The notes beneath the pieces were generated by a model. It saw only the letters and a program-made list of their open reading frames with translations, was not told where the DNA came from and made no database searches. From an uncultured Ruficoccus sp. (GTDB taxonomy: Bacteria; Verrucomicrobiota; Verrucomicrobiia; Opitutales; Cerasicoccaceae): a stretch of DNA of 64,000 bases. A program made the translations under genes and the position numbers. The stretch covers positions 192,001 to 256,000 of the forward strand of contig OZ223510.1 in the NCBI GenBank assembly GCA_965140785.1, read 5' to 3'. Below are positions 62,399 through 64,000 of this stretch, in pieces (position 1 is the first letter of the stretch; each line of letters starts with the position of its first letter).

Positions 62399-63088
62399 AT
62401 GGGTTCCTCGATCACCGCTGTCATTCTCTCGACCTTACTGTGGGCGCTGTTGTCCACGCTCGTCGTCCTGCTCATCGGCGTACCGCTGGCCTACCTGCTG
62501 GCGCGGCGCGAGTTCCACGGCAAGCGGGCGATCTCCGCCCTCGTCAGCCTGCCCATGGTGCTGCCGCCGACCGCCGTGGGCTACCTGCTGCTGAGCCTGC
62601 TGGCCGATAACGGCCCCCTGGGCCGCAACACGCTCGGGATCGATCTGGACATTCTCCTCAACTGGAAGGGCGTCGTCGTCGCCTACAGCGTGATGTCTTT
62701 TCCGCTTTTCGTCCGAACAGCGCGCGTGAGCTTCGAGGCGGTCAGCCCCCGACTCGAAGCTATGTCGCTGACCCTCGGGCGGGGGCGGGTCCACACTTTC
62801 TGGGTGGTAACGCTGCCGCTGGCCACCCGCGGACTGATCGCGGGGCTGATCCTGGCCTTTACCCGGGCGATGGGGGAATTTGGCGCCACGGTGATTCTGG
62901 CCGGAAACATTCCCGGGCGCACGCAGACGCTCGCCTCGGCCATCTACAGCGCCCAGCAGTCCGGCAACGACCACCGCGCCAACATCCTGCTCCTGACCGC
63001 GCTCGCCCTCGGCTTCGCCCTCGTTTATGTCACCGAACGACTCACCACGCTGCCGGCCTTCAAAGACAGCCGCCTGCTGGGACGCTGA
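62399..63088 (+). CDS. modB: Molybdate ABC transporter permease
   Basis: [31 protein letters not shown]. Confidence 0.95.
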   Translation: MGSSITAVILSTLLWALLSTLVVLLIGVPLAYLLARREFHGKRAISALVSLPMVLPPTAVGYLLLSLLADNGPLGRNTLGIDLDILLNWKGVVVAYSVMSFPLFVRTARVSFEAVSPRLEAMSLTLGRGRVHTFWVVTLPLATRGLIAGLILAFTRAMGEFGATVILAGNIPGRTQTLASAIYSAQQSGNDHRANILLLTALALGFALVYVTERLTTLPAFKDSRLLGR

Positions 63089-63158
63089 ACAAAACGTTAA
63101 TCAACGCTATTCATCTCAAGCGCCCTCGATGGTTTCAGAAACATACAGCTATCCTGAA

Positions 63159-63182
63159 GCTCTTTGCGCCCTTCGCGGTTAA
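63159..63182. repeat. Orphan right arm of the inverted 9-mer element family
   Basis: GCTCTTTGCGCCCTTCGCGGTTAA resembles the right arm at 41099-41127; lies in a 119-bp AT-rich modB-modC gap. Confidence 0.6.
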
Positions 63183-63207
63183 TAATTATTCAGCTCAATA
63201 AACATCG

Positions 63208-64000
63208 GTGACAGCAGAAGAACATAGTCACGGCCAGTTGGACATACGTTTAAAAGTGCCGCTGGACCAGTTTGTCCTGGATATTGAATACAGCTCGGCC
63301 AGCCCGGTTATCGGCGTCTTCGGTCCCTCCGGCTGCGGCAAGACGACCCTACTGGAGACCGTGGCCGGGATCAGCAAGGTCGCGGGGATCGAAGGCAGCA
63401 TCCGCTTCGACGGCGTGACCTGGCTGGACTCGAACCATAAGGTCAACCTGCCGCCGCAGCGGCGCGACATCGGCTACGTGCCGCAGGACCACCTGCTTTT
63501 CCCGCACCTGAGCGTGAAGAAAAACCTTCTTGCCGGGCAGGCGAGGGCGGAGCGCGGCCACCATGACCCGGACGCGACCTTCCGCGAGGTGGTGCGGACG
63601 CTCCACCTTGAGCCGCTGCTCGGACGCACCGTGGCCACACTCTCGGGCGGCGAACGCCAGCGCGTTGCTCTCGGGCGGGCGCTCTGCTCGGGGCCACGCC
63701 TGCTTCTGCTCGACGAGCCGCTGGCCGCGCTCGACATCACGCTGCGCCGCCGGGTGCTGCCGTTTTTATTAAAAGTACGCGACCGCTTCCGCATCCCGAT
63801 GTTCATCGTCTCGCACGATCCCTTCGAACTTCAGGCCCTGTGCAGCGAAGTCATCGCCCTGCGAAAGGGAAAAATCATAGCCTGCGAACCGCCCGCCCAG
63901 CTGTTTACACGCACGGACATTTACCCGATGGCCGCCTCGCACGGCTTCGAGAATGTCCTGCCCGCCGTCGTGGCGGCGCACGGCGACCACAAGACCACCG
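63208..64000 (+). CDS. modC: Molybdate ABC transporter ATPase, 3'-truncated by the window (not in the ORF track)
   Basis: GTG start; FGPSGCGKTT, PPQRRDIGYVPQD, LSGGERQRVALGRAL, LLDEPLAALD, VSHD. Confidence 0.93.
   Translation, partial: MTAEEHSHGQLDIRLKVPLDQFVLDIEYSSASPVIGVFGPSGCGKTTLLETVAGISKVAGIEGSIRFDGVTWLDSNHKVNLPPQRRDIGYVPQDHLLFPHLSVKKNLLAGQARAERGHHDPDATFREVVRTLHLEPLLGRTVATLSGGERQRVALGRALCSGPRLLLLDEPLAALDITLRRRVLPFLLKVRDRFRIPMFIVSHDPFELQALCSEVIALRKGKIIACEPPAQLFTRTDIYPMAASHGFENVLPAVVAAHGDHKTT

Overview
GC-rich bacterial chromosome segment. PEP-CTERM protein, the Opitutae-style LacI regulators and the archaeal/eukaryote-type ProRS suggest Verrucomicrobiota (Opitutae); this is an inference, not a database result. 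1-7 kb: 3' part of a giant extracellular protein (LamG, FN3, four ~172-aa repeats, two metallophosphoesterase domains). 7-23 kb: sugar-utilisation region with araBAD, two intact LacI genes, a decayed LacI gene absent from the ORF track, esterases, a beta-helix lipoprotein, a PEP-CTERM protein and a triple-frameshifted FAD oxidoreductase. 24-64 kb: mostly housekeeping genes (ilvN/ilvC, hemC, cobA-hemD, pntA1/A2/B, TPR-exbB-exbD-X-lolC/E-lolD, gnnA-like-lpxB, proS, tadA, ilvA, fbaB/fbaA, gpmA, P1B-4 ATPase, pduO, sulP, modABC). The most striking signals are intergenic. (1) A frameshifted GxxExxY nuclease-like gene is bracketed exactly by 33-bp inverted arrays of an 8-mer. Gene-less or half copies of similar inverted tandem 8/9-mer arrays sit at seven other junctions between co-oriented genes, which suggests an autonomous/non-autonomous element system. 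(2) A TA-flanked MITE with perfect 33-bp inverted ends is nested in the terminal repeat of an older element. (3) That older element contains a 173-bp multi-hairpin repeat with strong covariation, present twice in the window. No rRNA, tRNA or CRISPR array was recognised.
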